DNA of 63,397 bases, filler included, from Choristocarpus tenellus KU-1152 (Eukaryota; Protista; Phaeophyceae): the NCBI GenBank assembly GCA_964200185.2. It is 11 parts of 11 records of this genome, joined end to end, with 100 filler letters (N's around TTAATTAATTAA, not from the genome) between each part and the next. Parts side by side here need not be neighbours in the genome. Positions count along the whole stretch, not along the records: positions 12,374 to 15,663 come from CAXNAD020020999.1; positions 15,764 to 18,655 come from CAXNAD020023874.1; positions 18,756 to 21,421 come from CAXNAD020025817.1; positions 21,522 to 37,522 come from CAXNAD020000891.1; 7 more parts are not named here. The stretch is one strand, 5' to 3'. Shown here piece after piece: positions 12,450 to 23,279 of this stretch. Under the pieces are notes generated by a model. It was given only the letters and a program-made list of their open reading frames with translations, did no database searches and was not told the DNA's origin. How positions within the stretch are numbered: the first letter of the stretch is position 1; each line of letters opens with the position of its first letter. Made by a program: the position numbers and the translations under genes.

Positions 12450-13370
12450 TCACGGTACTCACTCACTGTGCCTTTGACATAATGTAAAAATGAAAGACTC
12501 TGGCACAGAGTACTCGAAACACACTGTGTATAGGAGACCATAATCTCAACAGCAACAACTCGAAACCACTCGAGATGTTTTCCGTACACCTTTCCTTCAC
12601 CAAAAACCGCAAACATAAAATGTCACATAGACACATGTGAAGGAGGGTGCTGTCTCCAAAAAACTCTTCCCTCAACATAAACATGCTAAACAGTTTACTG
12701 TATTAGACTCTTCCCTTATCAAAACCACTCTCAGTAAGTAAGGCACTGTCCACAATTATCGCTCCAACTCAGGTGCATCACTGATCTCATGGCTCTTGCC
12801 CTGTTGATGCCCATACGATGATCTTTCCCTACTTGTAATCCTATGCACACTGCGCTCGTTCGCCTTGCGATGCCCCGCTTATTATTGAAAAGACGTAATA
12901 TCTCCGACCTGTTTAGCCTTTTCCATTCTCCATCATCCAAGACTACTCTCCAATAGTACCAGGTCTGTCTCCTCTTGCTTCTCATTCTATCACGTCTTCT
13001 TCCGAGGGGTAAGTATGACGAACAAACCAATCGCACCTACTCCAACTAATTTTTACGGGGAAGAGCTTTTTGAGCATGTACAATGAATGTCAAGCGTAGT
13101 TCAGGAATTTCTCTTTGCCATCAAGATTTAGATCAAATTATCCTCTCCAAGTATTTCCTCTTTTTGTTCAAGGTATTTTGTTCTTTTTCTCAAGGGTGTA
13201 CATTATCATTATTTTGGAGTTCTACTGCAGTGTTGGTGCTCGCCTCCTGCATCAACTTTGTCGTGCCATAACTCTTGACCAACAATTTTTTTAATATAAA
13301 TTCGTTTGTTGTAATCGCATCAGCATGCTTAACCTTATTTGATGGGTCTCAGTTGGTCAACTTATAGTAA
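12450..13370 (-). pseudogene. Possible decayed Sola-like DNA transposase remnant
   Basis: The minus-strand peptide GIARRTSAVCIGL...MHLSWSDNCGQ resembles the recalled EGIAxRGSNEVCSxL...LWSDNCxGQNKN motif of Sola1-type transposases. The surrounding frames are broken by stops. Confidence 0.35.
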
Positions 13371-13631
13371 TCGTGAGAAATACAGGACCATACTTAAATC
13401 AAGTGATCCGCGCGCACGGTTCGCGCGGGGTTGCCTCGCGGCGTCACGAACTGCCCCTTGACGCCAGAAGAGGCCAACTTCACCCAGAGAATATGGGCGC
13501 TGTTTTCTCTCCATTCTCTTTCCATTATTTCCCGTTTATGCGATGTTGTCACCTGCTAGGTAAGGCTCACTCATGGAGGCCCAGCCAGGCCTCTGAACCA
13601 GACAATCCATGCCAAGTCAAATGAGGTATTC

Positions 13632-14280
13632 TTAAGGTGCAGGCCTCCTGTGAGACTTAAATGTCTTGTACACCCTGTCCAATTTGGTGCACTCCAAGCC
13701 TTTCTCGTTTGAATACGTCAGGTAGGTGGTAAGCAATACTCATCTTGAAGAACCTCTCCACAATTACTCTGGACAACCCCCCTTCCTCCTTAAGACTGAC
13801 AGGAATGTTGGCTCTCATTCCAGGCAATGTGCAGTCACAATGGCCTCGACATAGTGCTTCGCCCGCCCCCAGACCACCTCTATCGGGTTCAATTCACGGT
13901 GGTACTTTGGAAGCATCAAACAGTGTCCTCCAAGACACTCAACCAGAATCTTGAGACTTGGTTCTACCACCTTGAAATCCGGCTGCTCCCCAAGAACGTA
14001 CGCCATGCTCATGCTCTTATTCCTGTCCTTGCCCCCGTCCTTGGTCGTCCCTGGGATAAACAAACCTCTCTCTTGCAAAATCTGTCTCATCCCCTTAACC
14101 TGTCCAACATACTCCCCCTTCTCACCTTGTGGACGAGCGGAAATTCTCAGCCGATATCCCTTGCCCCTGGCCTCCCAGCGGCACCGAACTCAAATCCATC
14201 AGAGAGTGACTGAATCACAACGTCGACGTCGTCAGGTAACAACTCGGAGCCCATTGTGTGTCATAGTGTCCTGTGAGTGG
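13632..14280 (-). pseudogene. IS630/Tc1/mariner-superfamily transposase C-terminal remnant (frameshifted)
   Basis: KGMRQILQERG...VLGEQPDF...GGHCLMLPKYHRELNPIEVVWGRAKHY, then after a 1-nt frameshift RGHCDCTLPGMRANIPVSL and the C-terminal FKSHRRPAP*. These are typical of DDE_3-like eukaryotic Tc1/IS630 transposases. Confidence 0.75.
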
Positions 14281-14320
14281 CTTAAGCAGTATTAAGCCGA
14301 GGTCCACCCATGTACCGTTT

Positions 14321-14667
14321 TGGCGGTTACCAGCCTTGATTTTTTGGAAAAGGTTGCCTAACGATTTAATCGATGATCAGCATATCACATGAACACTCTT
14401 GATCTAATCTATCGATTTACGAAAAGAAATGCTTCCGCAAAAGTATTTTTGGTCATGATAATTCATTCCGAAACATTTTCAAGGTTGTGCCGAAAACATT
14501 CGGTTAAAATTTAATCTTACCAAGATAGTTCTACGAAAGAATATCTTGCTGGAAATCGATACCTTAGATCAAGAGCTTTCATTCCATATACTAATCATCG
14601 TTTAACTCGTTGGGCAACCTTTTCAAAAAAATGAAGACCAGTCAGATCCTAGAGGCGACTGCCAACA
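14321..14667. mobile_element. Foldback/MITE-like element with ~70-100 bp imperfect inverted arms
   Basis: 14341-14410 is the reverse complement of 14561-14630 with scattered mismatches (AAAAGGTTGCCTAACGA...CTCTTGATCTAA vs TTAGATCAAGAG...TCGTTGGGCAACCTTTT). Outer limits approximate. Confidence 0.6.
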
Positions 14668-17600
14668 CTATATTATGTTAGTATTTTTTTTTTGAAATGG
14701 AGTTAGGGCTATATTGCGATGAGTTTTTCGTATTTGTGTTATGAACCGAAATAACCTACTACTACGATTAAATCGACTAGAAATGAAAAATTCGATTGAT
14801 CGAATTGAATCGACTGAACCGTAGGCGCAAGAGGTGGCGTGTGCGTGAGCAAAAACTCCGAAGCCCACAAGTTTCAGCAGGCAGATCCCAAACTACAATA
14901 GCAAAGTGTGCAGTGAGTTGAGGGTAGTGACTACTTGTCACGAGAAACATGTGTATGTGTCAGTGGACCTTCAAGTTTCATCAATGAGACTACTTATCTT
15001 GATGCGATGATATACCAGCCTGAGTGGTCAGGAATGTACGCTATAGCTGATGCTCAAAAGGATAGCCAAACATACGTGGGACCACAGGTTTGATTCTTTT
15101 CTTGTAAATAAAGGGGATGTTCTCAGCCATCTCTCTGGCTATCTTGTGCTATATATTATACGCCTGGAACCTACTATACTATCTCCTACTACACCAAAAA
15201 AACGGAGGAGAAACAAGCGAGGAGGCAAAGAAGCTAAATTCCCGAGTGATGCCCTGGCAGATCCAGTGCTGATTGGAGGGAAGAGGTAGAGCGATGACGT
15301 TGACATGGCAGAACCCAAGCGTGAGAAAATAGGCGCAAACGGAACAATACAACTAGTTGGTGTACAACAGTTTATTACATATATGGAGTAGTTAGTATGA
15401 GAAGTAGAGGAGTGTGTATTGCAAAAAAAAAGTAGGCAGGCATAATTTTAGGAGTATTTGCCTTCACGTGTTCAGAGTGCTACGCATTAACAGCGTCTCA
15501 CCAAAATTGAGGATGGAGCATACTATGGAGGATGGGTTTGACCCAAAATTGACCAGGAAAAAGTGCCGATATGTTTTTTTTTGTAAATGTTGCGGCACTT
15601 TTTAAGGGTCCCTTTTTGAATGGGAATCCGTGCCGGATGTGGTAGTAGTACAGTGTGTGGGGGNNNNNNNNNNNNNNNNNNNNNNNNNNNNNNNNNNNNN
15701 NNNNNNNTTAATTAATTAANNNNNNNNNNNNNNNNNNNNNNNNNNNNNNNNNNNNNNNNNNNNCCCCCTCCCAGATACTTTGGGTCAATTGGAGAAAGCG
15801 CCTATGCTTAATTGTGGTTTCTCTTTCTGTTTGAAAAGGAGGAATATCATTCTTTTTTTGCTCACTATTGCCTGCAGAAGCAATTAAATAGAGTGCATTG
15901 CACAAGGTAAGAAATATGGCTTAGAATGCAAAAGCGAATCAAGCCTGCCTACCTCTCAATTGGTTCGGGTCAAGGTTTGACTTCAAAAGAGTTGGTTCCT
16001 CTATTTTGTTTCATTTTCGACTCAATTCGAAAATTATCCTACACCCATTGAAAAAAAGCCCCAAGTTTGCGCATGTTTGTCAGCATCCATAAAATGCAAT
16101 TCTAGGAACCTCTTTTTCTTTGACTCTCAATTCGGCCTTAAGTTACAGACTTTACACGGCAACTATGGCAACTTTGACTTGCTCATTAAGGAATGCCTGT
16201 GGGCATACTTCCTGCTCGTGCTAGATAGCGTGCGTGTAGTGGTACTCACACTAACCGCCTGTCACAAAATAAAGGATTACTTTCAACACGTACAGCGTTG
16301 TTCAGTGGTATGAAGGGGAAAATAAAGCGCACTTCAGGCTAGCCCTAACATTGTGCATGGTGGGTGTGGTGGATTACAAGAGGGAGCATCCTAACTAGTT
16401 TCCAAACAAAGATAAAAAGTCAAACTCATGGCGTGTGGAGCGAAGCCCAACCTCTACCTGACCTATGGACTGTGGGCTTACCCAACAAGTAAGCGCGTAC
16501 AAAACTGTATACCGCACATATACTCTGGAGAATCGCCATCATAATTACTTTCCACATTCTTGATCGGTAAAATATACACTGGAGTACATACTTATATACT
16601 CTTCAGTAACAAACTGCTACCATTGAATATTATTTTTTGGTCCTGACATTTTGCAGAGCGATCCTGTCATGGAAGGGAAAGAAGCAACATGTAACAGAAA
16701 ACAATAAACACAACAGGAGAAGAGTTACAACAACACTGACCCCTTCCCATTACAACAGTAGCACTCCAGAGTAGTTGCTAGTTTACTATTGTTGAAAAAT
16801 AGTAAACAAACACCTCCCTACACAACCTTCGTTGAAAAACATCTGAATGAAAGAAATATCTGATACAACAGCCAAAGCTACTGCTAGACTGGCACTATGA
16901 AGGCAGTCGAAAAACAAGGGAAGAATCCAAGAAGTTGGTAAGGTTTTGCCTGGTCCACCGGCTTGGTGTGCGTCTCAAGCCAAAAGCAAGTCACACTGAA
17001 AGGGCTACGACGTGTTGCACGAATTGTAAATAAACAACATATATCGTAGTCAGGCCGTAACTCCCCCTCTTCCTGATGAACCCCCTTGCTCCTCAATCAC
17101 CCACCATATGAGTCACGAGCTCTAATCCAAAAATTGCTCTTCCTCTATTCTATAGTAAACTACAAAAAATACTCCGTATCACACAATGCATCATACTTCA
17201 GGGTGTAATTGTCACTCCTACATAAGTAGCACAGGTATTTTTCATGGAACATACACCCAGAGCCAGCCTAGTTGCTCGTCTGTGTGTGACAAACCATTGT
17301 GAGAGTGCAATTTTTTTATGATAGGAAGTATTGAGTGTCCTTAGATATTGCTATGAGGTGATCTAGAAACAAGGTAAGGGTCCCACAAGCATGCCAAGCC
17401 TTGTCTCAGCAACTGCCCCTATTTCTTCAGCTTGAAATTCAACACACACCTTGAGATCCAAACCTTCTTGTCCTGTGACGGACACAATCTGTCACAGGTA
17501 CGCCTTCACTATTTCCTTCCTTCAAGGCTGTGTCTTCGTGGAGATTTCTTCTTGTAACATGTGAGAGCTATGAGGGTTCGACCTAGACATATCTAGTAGT

Positions 17601-18971
17601 CAAGAATAAACTACCACCATTTTTATTTTACGGAACATGAAAAATACAAATATCGCCAGCCCCAATGACTGTATACAGAACGATATGATACATAAATACA
17701 GGGGGTGAAAGAGGACACGTTTCATGGTGGGGAAAAAGTCGAATAGTTACCTGGCTGCACGGTTTACGACATTCTGATGTTGTAACAGGTACCCAAGTTT
17801 GAGCTGCTAGTGAGGAAGGAAGGGGTTTTTGTATGGGTATATGGGACTCTATGCTGCTGCTGCTGCTGCTACTACTACTACTACTATTGTAGAATGGAGT
17901 GTGCGTGCTATGCAAAGAGGATGCACAATAAAGGCTAATACGTTAGGCCAGCGGACTTTAGGTAGTACTTCGAAGTAGGTGGATGTACCAAACACTCAAT
18001 TCAGGTAGGAGAATGCCTAAAATATAAATATAGTACTACGAAAACTATGCTGACAGGACTGCTTTCCGCATAATCTGAAATATGTGTGAAGAGGGCAGAG
18101 AGCAACAAGAGTATTGGCGCACTCAGTACAGCCACATTCCAACGCCTGTCCTTTAGAAGGGGTAACTTCAGTCCTCCTCCTAATTTGTTGCATTTTTTTT
18201 GTACTCTATGTAGTAGTACTCTGTACAAAGAACGTTTTTTCTATCATGTACTATACACATACACTTATTATGTATGTACTGAATGGGGGAGAAGCACGTA
18301 GTTGCTATATTTGAGTTACGTTGTCTTGGGAGTTGGCAGTATTGTGACACTTGGTTGGTATTAGGGGAGCAAAGTTTGTAGGACAATGCTCTCTGCCCCA
18401 TGGGATATTTTGCTAATGGATGTTGAGGCTTTGACATTGTGTCTTCGACTGAATAGGTGCATGGGGCTATGTGTGGAGATTGTGTATCATTGGTCGAGTA
18501 CTGAAGGGTAAGTCTCTTCAAGAACGCAAAGGAAGGTTTTGAGTAAGTAGGATGTATTGTATTCCAAATACAAGGATTCATGTGGAAAGCATGTTTGTCT
18601 GTTATCATACCGTTATTGCCGTATGCCATATACCGTTATACCGTGGTACCGATTGNNNNNNNNNNNNNNNNNNNNNNNNNNNNNNNNNNNNNNNNNNNNT
18701 TAATTAATTAANNNNNNNNNNNNNNNNNNNNNNNNNNNNNNNNNNNNNNNNNNNNATTATCCCGTTATCCAACAATAGTTCAACAACTCAATGTTTCTCC
18801 CACAGAATTATATTTTGCACATGAATAAAAAGCATATTCTTAACAATCCCACTCTAAATCCCAATCCTAGAGAAATAACTGTTGCTACAAACTGCTGCTG
18901 CAACTGGATTCCCCCGGTCTTCACAGAGTACCTGCCTATTAGACTTAACATTAACTAGGCTGTCATGCATC

Positions 18972-19613
18972 TGTTGAAATATTCCACACAGGACCCGCGG
19001 TTATGTGCCTTGGTAGAGGACAATAAGTGGCTTGGTGTAAAATATACATTGTTAATGTTACAAGGGGCTTATGGTCTCAATTCGAGTGAAGTTATCTTAG
19101 AGGGTACGATTTTTGCCCTTTTTGTCCATTTGGAGCTTGGCTTCCTACGGGTTTTTAATGACATTTTACCTACTCCAATATGTTTTGGAGTAGGTAAAAC
19201 GTATACCTTATGAAAAGGAGTGTCTGGAACAAGGATATTGACATCTCCTAACAAATATCATAGCCAAAATTATATCAAAATTGCAACATTGGATTTGGCC
19301 CCCAAATGGACACGGCTCTACCCTTTAAGATACTTAGTGACTCTTCCACTGACTGAACTTGTAGGGTGAGACAGATGTAGACTACCATGTGGGATTTGCA
19401 ACGTCCACATGGATAATCAGAAAATAATACTATCTACGTATTATATGTACCATATGTGATATATCAACGGATAATCTAATATCAGGTCCCTACAATACAT
19501 GAACGTTGAGTAGAGCTCAACTGAAATATGTGGAAACACATATCTGGCTCGACCTTTCCTAATCTACTCCTCCAGTGGTGTCTATAGTGTACCAGCAGCA
19601 CTATCCACGAACA
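18972..19613 (+). mobile_element. Solo LTR (TGTTG...AACA) with 5-bp TSD GCATC, interrupted by a MITE-A
   Basis: Starts TGTTGAA, ends CACGAACA, and is flanked by GCATC at 18967-18971 and 19614-19618. Homologous to the reverse complement of 46387-46757. Confidence 0.75.
19084..19343. mobile_element. MITE family A copy (260 bp) nested in solo LTR
   Basis: TIRs GAGTGAAGTTATCTTAGAGGGTA / TACCCTTTAAGATACTTAGTGACTC, flanked by TTC/TTC, and absent from the homologous LTR copy at 46387-46757. Internal hairpin TTTTACCTACTCCAA-TATGTT-TTGGAGTAGGTAAAA. Confidence 0.8.
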
Positions 19614-21000
19614 GCATCCACCTTTAGCCAGATACAGCATAGGAAGAAGACTGATACAATACTCCCAGATTACATGAATATTTGCTTCAAGTCTGCTTGA
19701 AAAGTAGGAAGGAGGAATTCCCACAACACGGTGGGCAAGTTTGATCAAGCGTGGAAAGGATGAAGAAGCCTCTTCTTGCCACTGCTTGTGCGAGTCATCA
19801 ACGTTGCCTTTCCCACCGTGAAATAACAGCATGTCACTACTAGCACTAAGGAATCAATTTCCAATTCTGCTGGCTGGTCCAGTGAGGGGCAATGCCCCAT
19901 GTGCATATGACTCCTGCTACTCACGATTGAAAGATAACATTATTTAATTATCGTTTTCTTGTCTATCGTTAGCCTTGTCATTCTTGATTAATCGATTTGG
20001 TTCGGTTGGATTTTCGAAATTCTCACAATACTGAATGAAGTTCCACCCTATCTTCCTTTAATGAACAAGTGTTTAAGAAAAGAAGTATTCTGAGGAAAGT
20101 TTTTCTTCAACCAAAGCATCCCAAGAATCTAACAAGTCCCTCCTTGCCCATCTCCCTGGTGTCTCCAGATTAAACGGACGGCACGTCTTGACACTATATG
20201 TCGTAGACATATTATTCCAGTTTCACCATTTATCGCTGCACAATGATGCAAGAATAACGTTAACCTTATGTTTATATATTTGCTGGTGATCGCAGAAGTA
20301 TCCTGATGGAAGAGGGGAGGAAGGATAATTTTCTCCTTAATCTCCCACTCAATCAAACTTGTTGTGCTAGCACTAGTAAGGACTAAGTCTCAATGATGAT
20401 GTATTGGCGCGACAAGGAAATGGTGTCAATCTTAAGTCACGGGACGTCATCTTGATGATAGATAGCATTTCGACTTTATCCACATTATAGCATGTGTATA
20501 TCTTGACCAATGATCAATCGGGGTTAAGGAGAGAATATAATACCAACGAGAAGTATCTACTATAGCAACCATTTCACAGAAGATTGCCCCTTCCCTTTCA
20601 AATTTGACAGGTTACGGCGGAGGTATTGGGCTCTTGTTATGGAGTAATCGGAGTGTGCTGGGGGTGGTAAACTTTGCAAACAACACAGCAGGTGATTCTT
20701 AGAATAGTTCGGGTACATGCTCACCACTGACTGTTCTGCCGTTTTCGAATATGATCTAAAACATTGGATCTTCCACGGTTAATTTGAATATGACACTCTT
20801 GCTGGTCTTGAGGTCTATTCTTCCACTCAGAACCAAACCTTACTTGACATTATATTCCTTCTGTTCCATAAGTTTGCGGGATTATGTCCAGAGCCGTATA
20901 TCTGGAGATCTAGAAATATTCGGAACATAAATAGTAGCTATTGTGGTACCAGTAGCTTCGCCCTCTGGGGTTGTCCCGTCATTAATTTTGATGTAGACAT
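19614..21000 (-). pseudogene. Possible decayed hAT transposase remnant
   Basis: WQEEASSSFPRLIKLAHRVVGIPPS resembles the hAT C-terminal dimerisation motif (WW...FPxLxxLAxxxLxIPxS). Upstream fragments GENYPS and INDGTT are weakly compatible. Many stops. Confidence 0.4.
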
Positions 21001-21521
21001 GGGATTTAAAAAAAAAACATATTCGTGATTAGTGTCACAAGGCCCTCCAGAGTACGGGCTTCGTTTTTTTTTCTTGCCATTTTTTTTTATTTTTTTGAAG
21101 AAATAGTGTTCATATTGGGGCTCGAACCTTGTAGGTCACCAAGAGTGGCAACAGATGCACTATTACTCGATTGAAGTATAGGGTTTAGGTGGGAAAAAGT
21201 CTCCCTATCCTTTCTTCATGTGTGTTAACGCACCCTCTCTTTGACCTCGCAAAGGATGTCATCGTTGAGGCCCAGGATGAAACGCCTCTCATCATAGCGC
21301 CCTTGCTCCGACACCTTAATGCGGCCCTTAGTTAGGAAGTCTCTCTCCCATTTACTCACAGTTTCCGGCCTGACCATCGCATATCCTGCTGCCATCTCGA
21401 GCGCCGTTTGACAGTCTATCCNNNNNNNNNNNNNNNNNNNNNNNNNNNNNNNNNNNNNNNNNNNNTTAATTAATTAANNNNNNNNNNNNNNNNNNNNNNN
21501 NNNNNNNNNNNNNNNNNNNNN

Positions 21522-21557
<36 letters not shown>

Positions 21558-21878
21558 GTGCACTGTGAGTAGGTTGTTATTGGCTGCTATAGTGTATGCC
21601 TTGATTGAAGTGCTCTGAGTGTGTTGCAGGTATAGGGTAAAAGGGTGTAGGTTGAATTTTGAGCAGGATCCAGTGAAAGTTGAAGTATTTGTTTTGATTG
21701 TTTTGATTGTCAAGCTATTGTAGCAGCACACTGTAGTGGCCTACATCCAATACTCCGATGATATTTTAGCATTAGGGTTAGATTTTGGATGTGTATGCTT
21801 TGGAACGTTTGATTTAGGGATTGATAAAGTGGAAGTTTAGGATAGAGAATTTCGACAGAGGAAGGTAGAGAACAGTGT

Positions 21879-21903
21879 GGGTTAGGGTTAGGGTTAGGGT
21901 TAG
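21879..21903 (+). repeat. Interstitial telomere-type repeat (TTAGGG)x4, one of >15 short tracts
   Basis: GGGTTAGGGTTAGGGTTAGGGTTAG. Other tracts near 1466, 22222, 22290, 22733, 23416, 23782, 24464, 24501, 25223, 25290, 25370, 25991, 29295, 30522, 31606, 31990, 32578 and 63274. Confidence 0.9.
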
Positions 21904-22872
21904 TCCTGACACTAAGGCAACCTTAAAATATCAAACATGTGCAACATTGGGGCTAGCCTGATCCCTAAGCACAGGTGACATGTAGAGTATTTTTTGCACG
22001 TTTCATACTGTCATACTGTCATAGTGTCATACGACATGTTCATTTGTAGCTAGTTGGTGGTGATGGGTCTCAAATTGATATTTCATTCGCTGAGTTACTG
22101 GTGCTCACAGCAAGGCACTGGATGCTACTGGTTTGGTACTGGGATGGCGATTTGATGTGTGAATCTTGGCAAAATTAGTAATAATAGTAGGTTTGGTTAT
22201 TTTTTTCATTTTAGACGGTTTATTAGGGTTAGGGTTATGGTGCTTGATTCATCTAAGCCAATTTGGTGCCCTTTTCGAGGGCTTTGTTGGGGTTAGGGTT
22301 AGGGTTAGGTTTAGAAGTAGGTTTGAGGATGTGCGTCATGAATGACAACACTGGAGATATTGGTATGACAGTTGAGGAGCACTGGTCCATCATATCAGGC
22401 TGCTTCACCTCTCTTTTTCTTTGTTTGATATGATAGGGCATACGTGTGATATGATGGGACATACTTGCCAAGTGTATCTGGAAAGATCGTGTACTTTTAT
22501 GGGGAATATATGATGGTTAAGGATTGATATCTGTCACATCGTGCTGACCCCACACATGTTACATCCATTTACTTTGAAATTTCCTCTACCAAGAGCAGAT
22601 TGACTTGAAGTAACACATGCTGTCGTATCAAGGGTCAGGAATGGAAACAAGTAACAATAATAATAATAGTTAACAATACGTCATTTGCATTCAGCCAATA
22701 GGATGCGTTAACCCTCTGCAACTTCAGCTAGGCCCTAACCCAAACCCTGCTGACCCTCTTCACAGTTTTGATAAAATGTATCGCGCGTTTGCTGTGTAGT
22801 AAATAAATAAAAAATCTTATCTTTAATTTGATCTTTAATCTTATCTGTCCCGTGAACTTGGTGCACTTGCAG

Positions 22873-23246
22873 CTGGAGATGCTCTTCGTGTTCCTGGTGA
22901 CTATCATGACAGTTGCCTTTTTTGCAGACTTCAGCATCAACCCTCCAGGGGCCTCTGACATCTTGGGAGGGTTTGTATTCCATGCTGAGCCTTACGCCAC
23001 TGTGACGGCCTTGGGACTGATTGGAGCTGTGATCATGCCACATAACATTTACCTTCATTCCGCGCTGGTTCTGTCCAGGGATGTGGATCGATCTAGCAGC
23101 AGGAAGCTGTGGGAGGTGGGTGGTGCCTTCTATTCTACAAAGGATCCTTGAGCAAAGCATGCCAATAAAAAAAAAAAGTTCTTTGTACCTCTACCTGTTT
23201 CTAAAGTAAGTTTGTTTTTGATATTGGTAACTGTAATATTAGCTTC

Positions 23247-23279
<33 letters not shown>

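Noticed and set aside
21100-21175. tRNA or tRNA-derived SINE (minus-strand GGTTCGAGCCCC B-box)
   Set aside because: No cloverleaf, no convincing A-box, and no second copy in the window.
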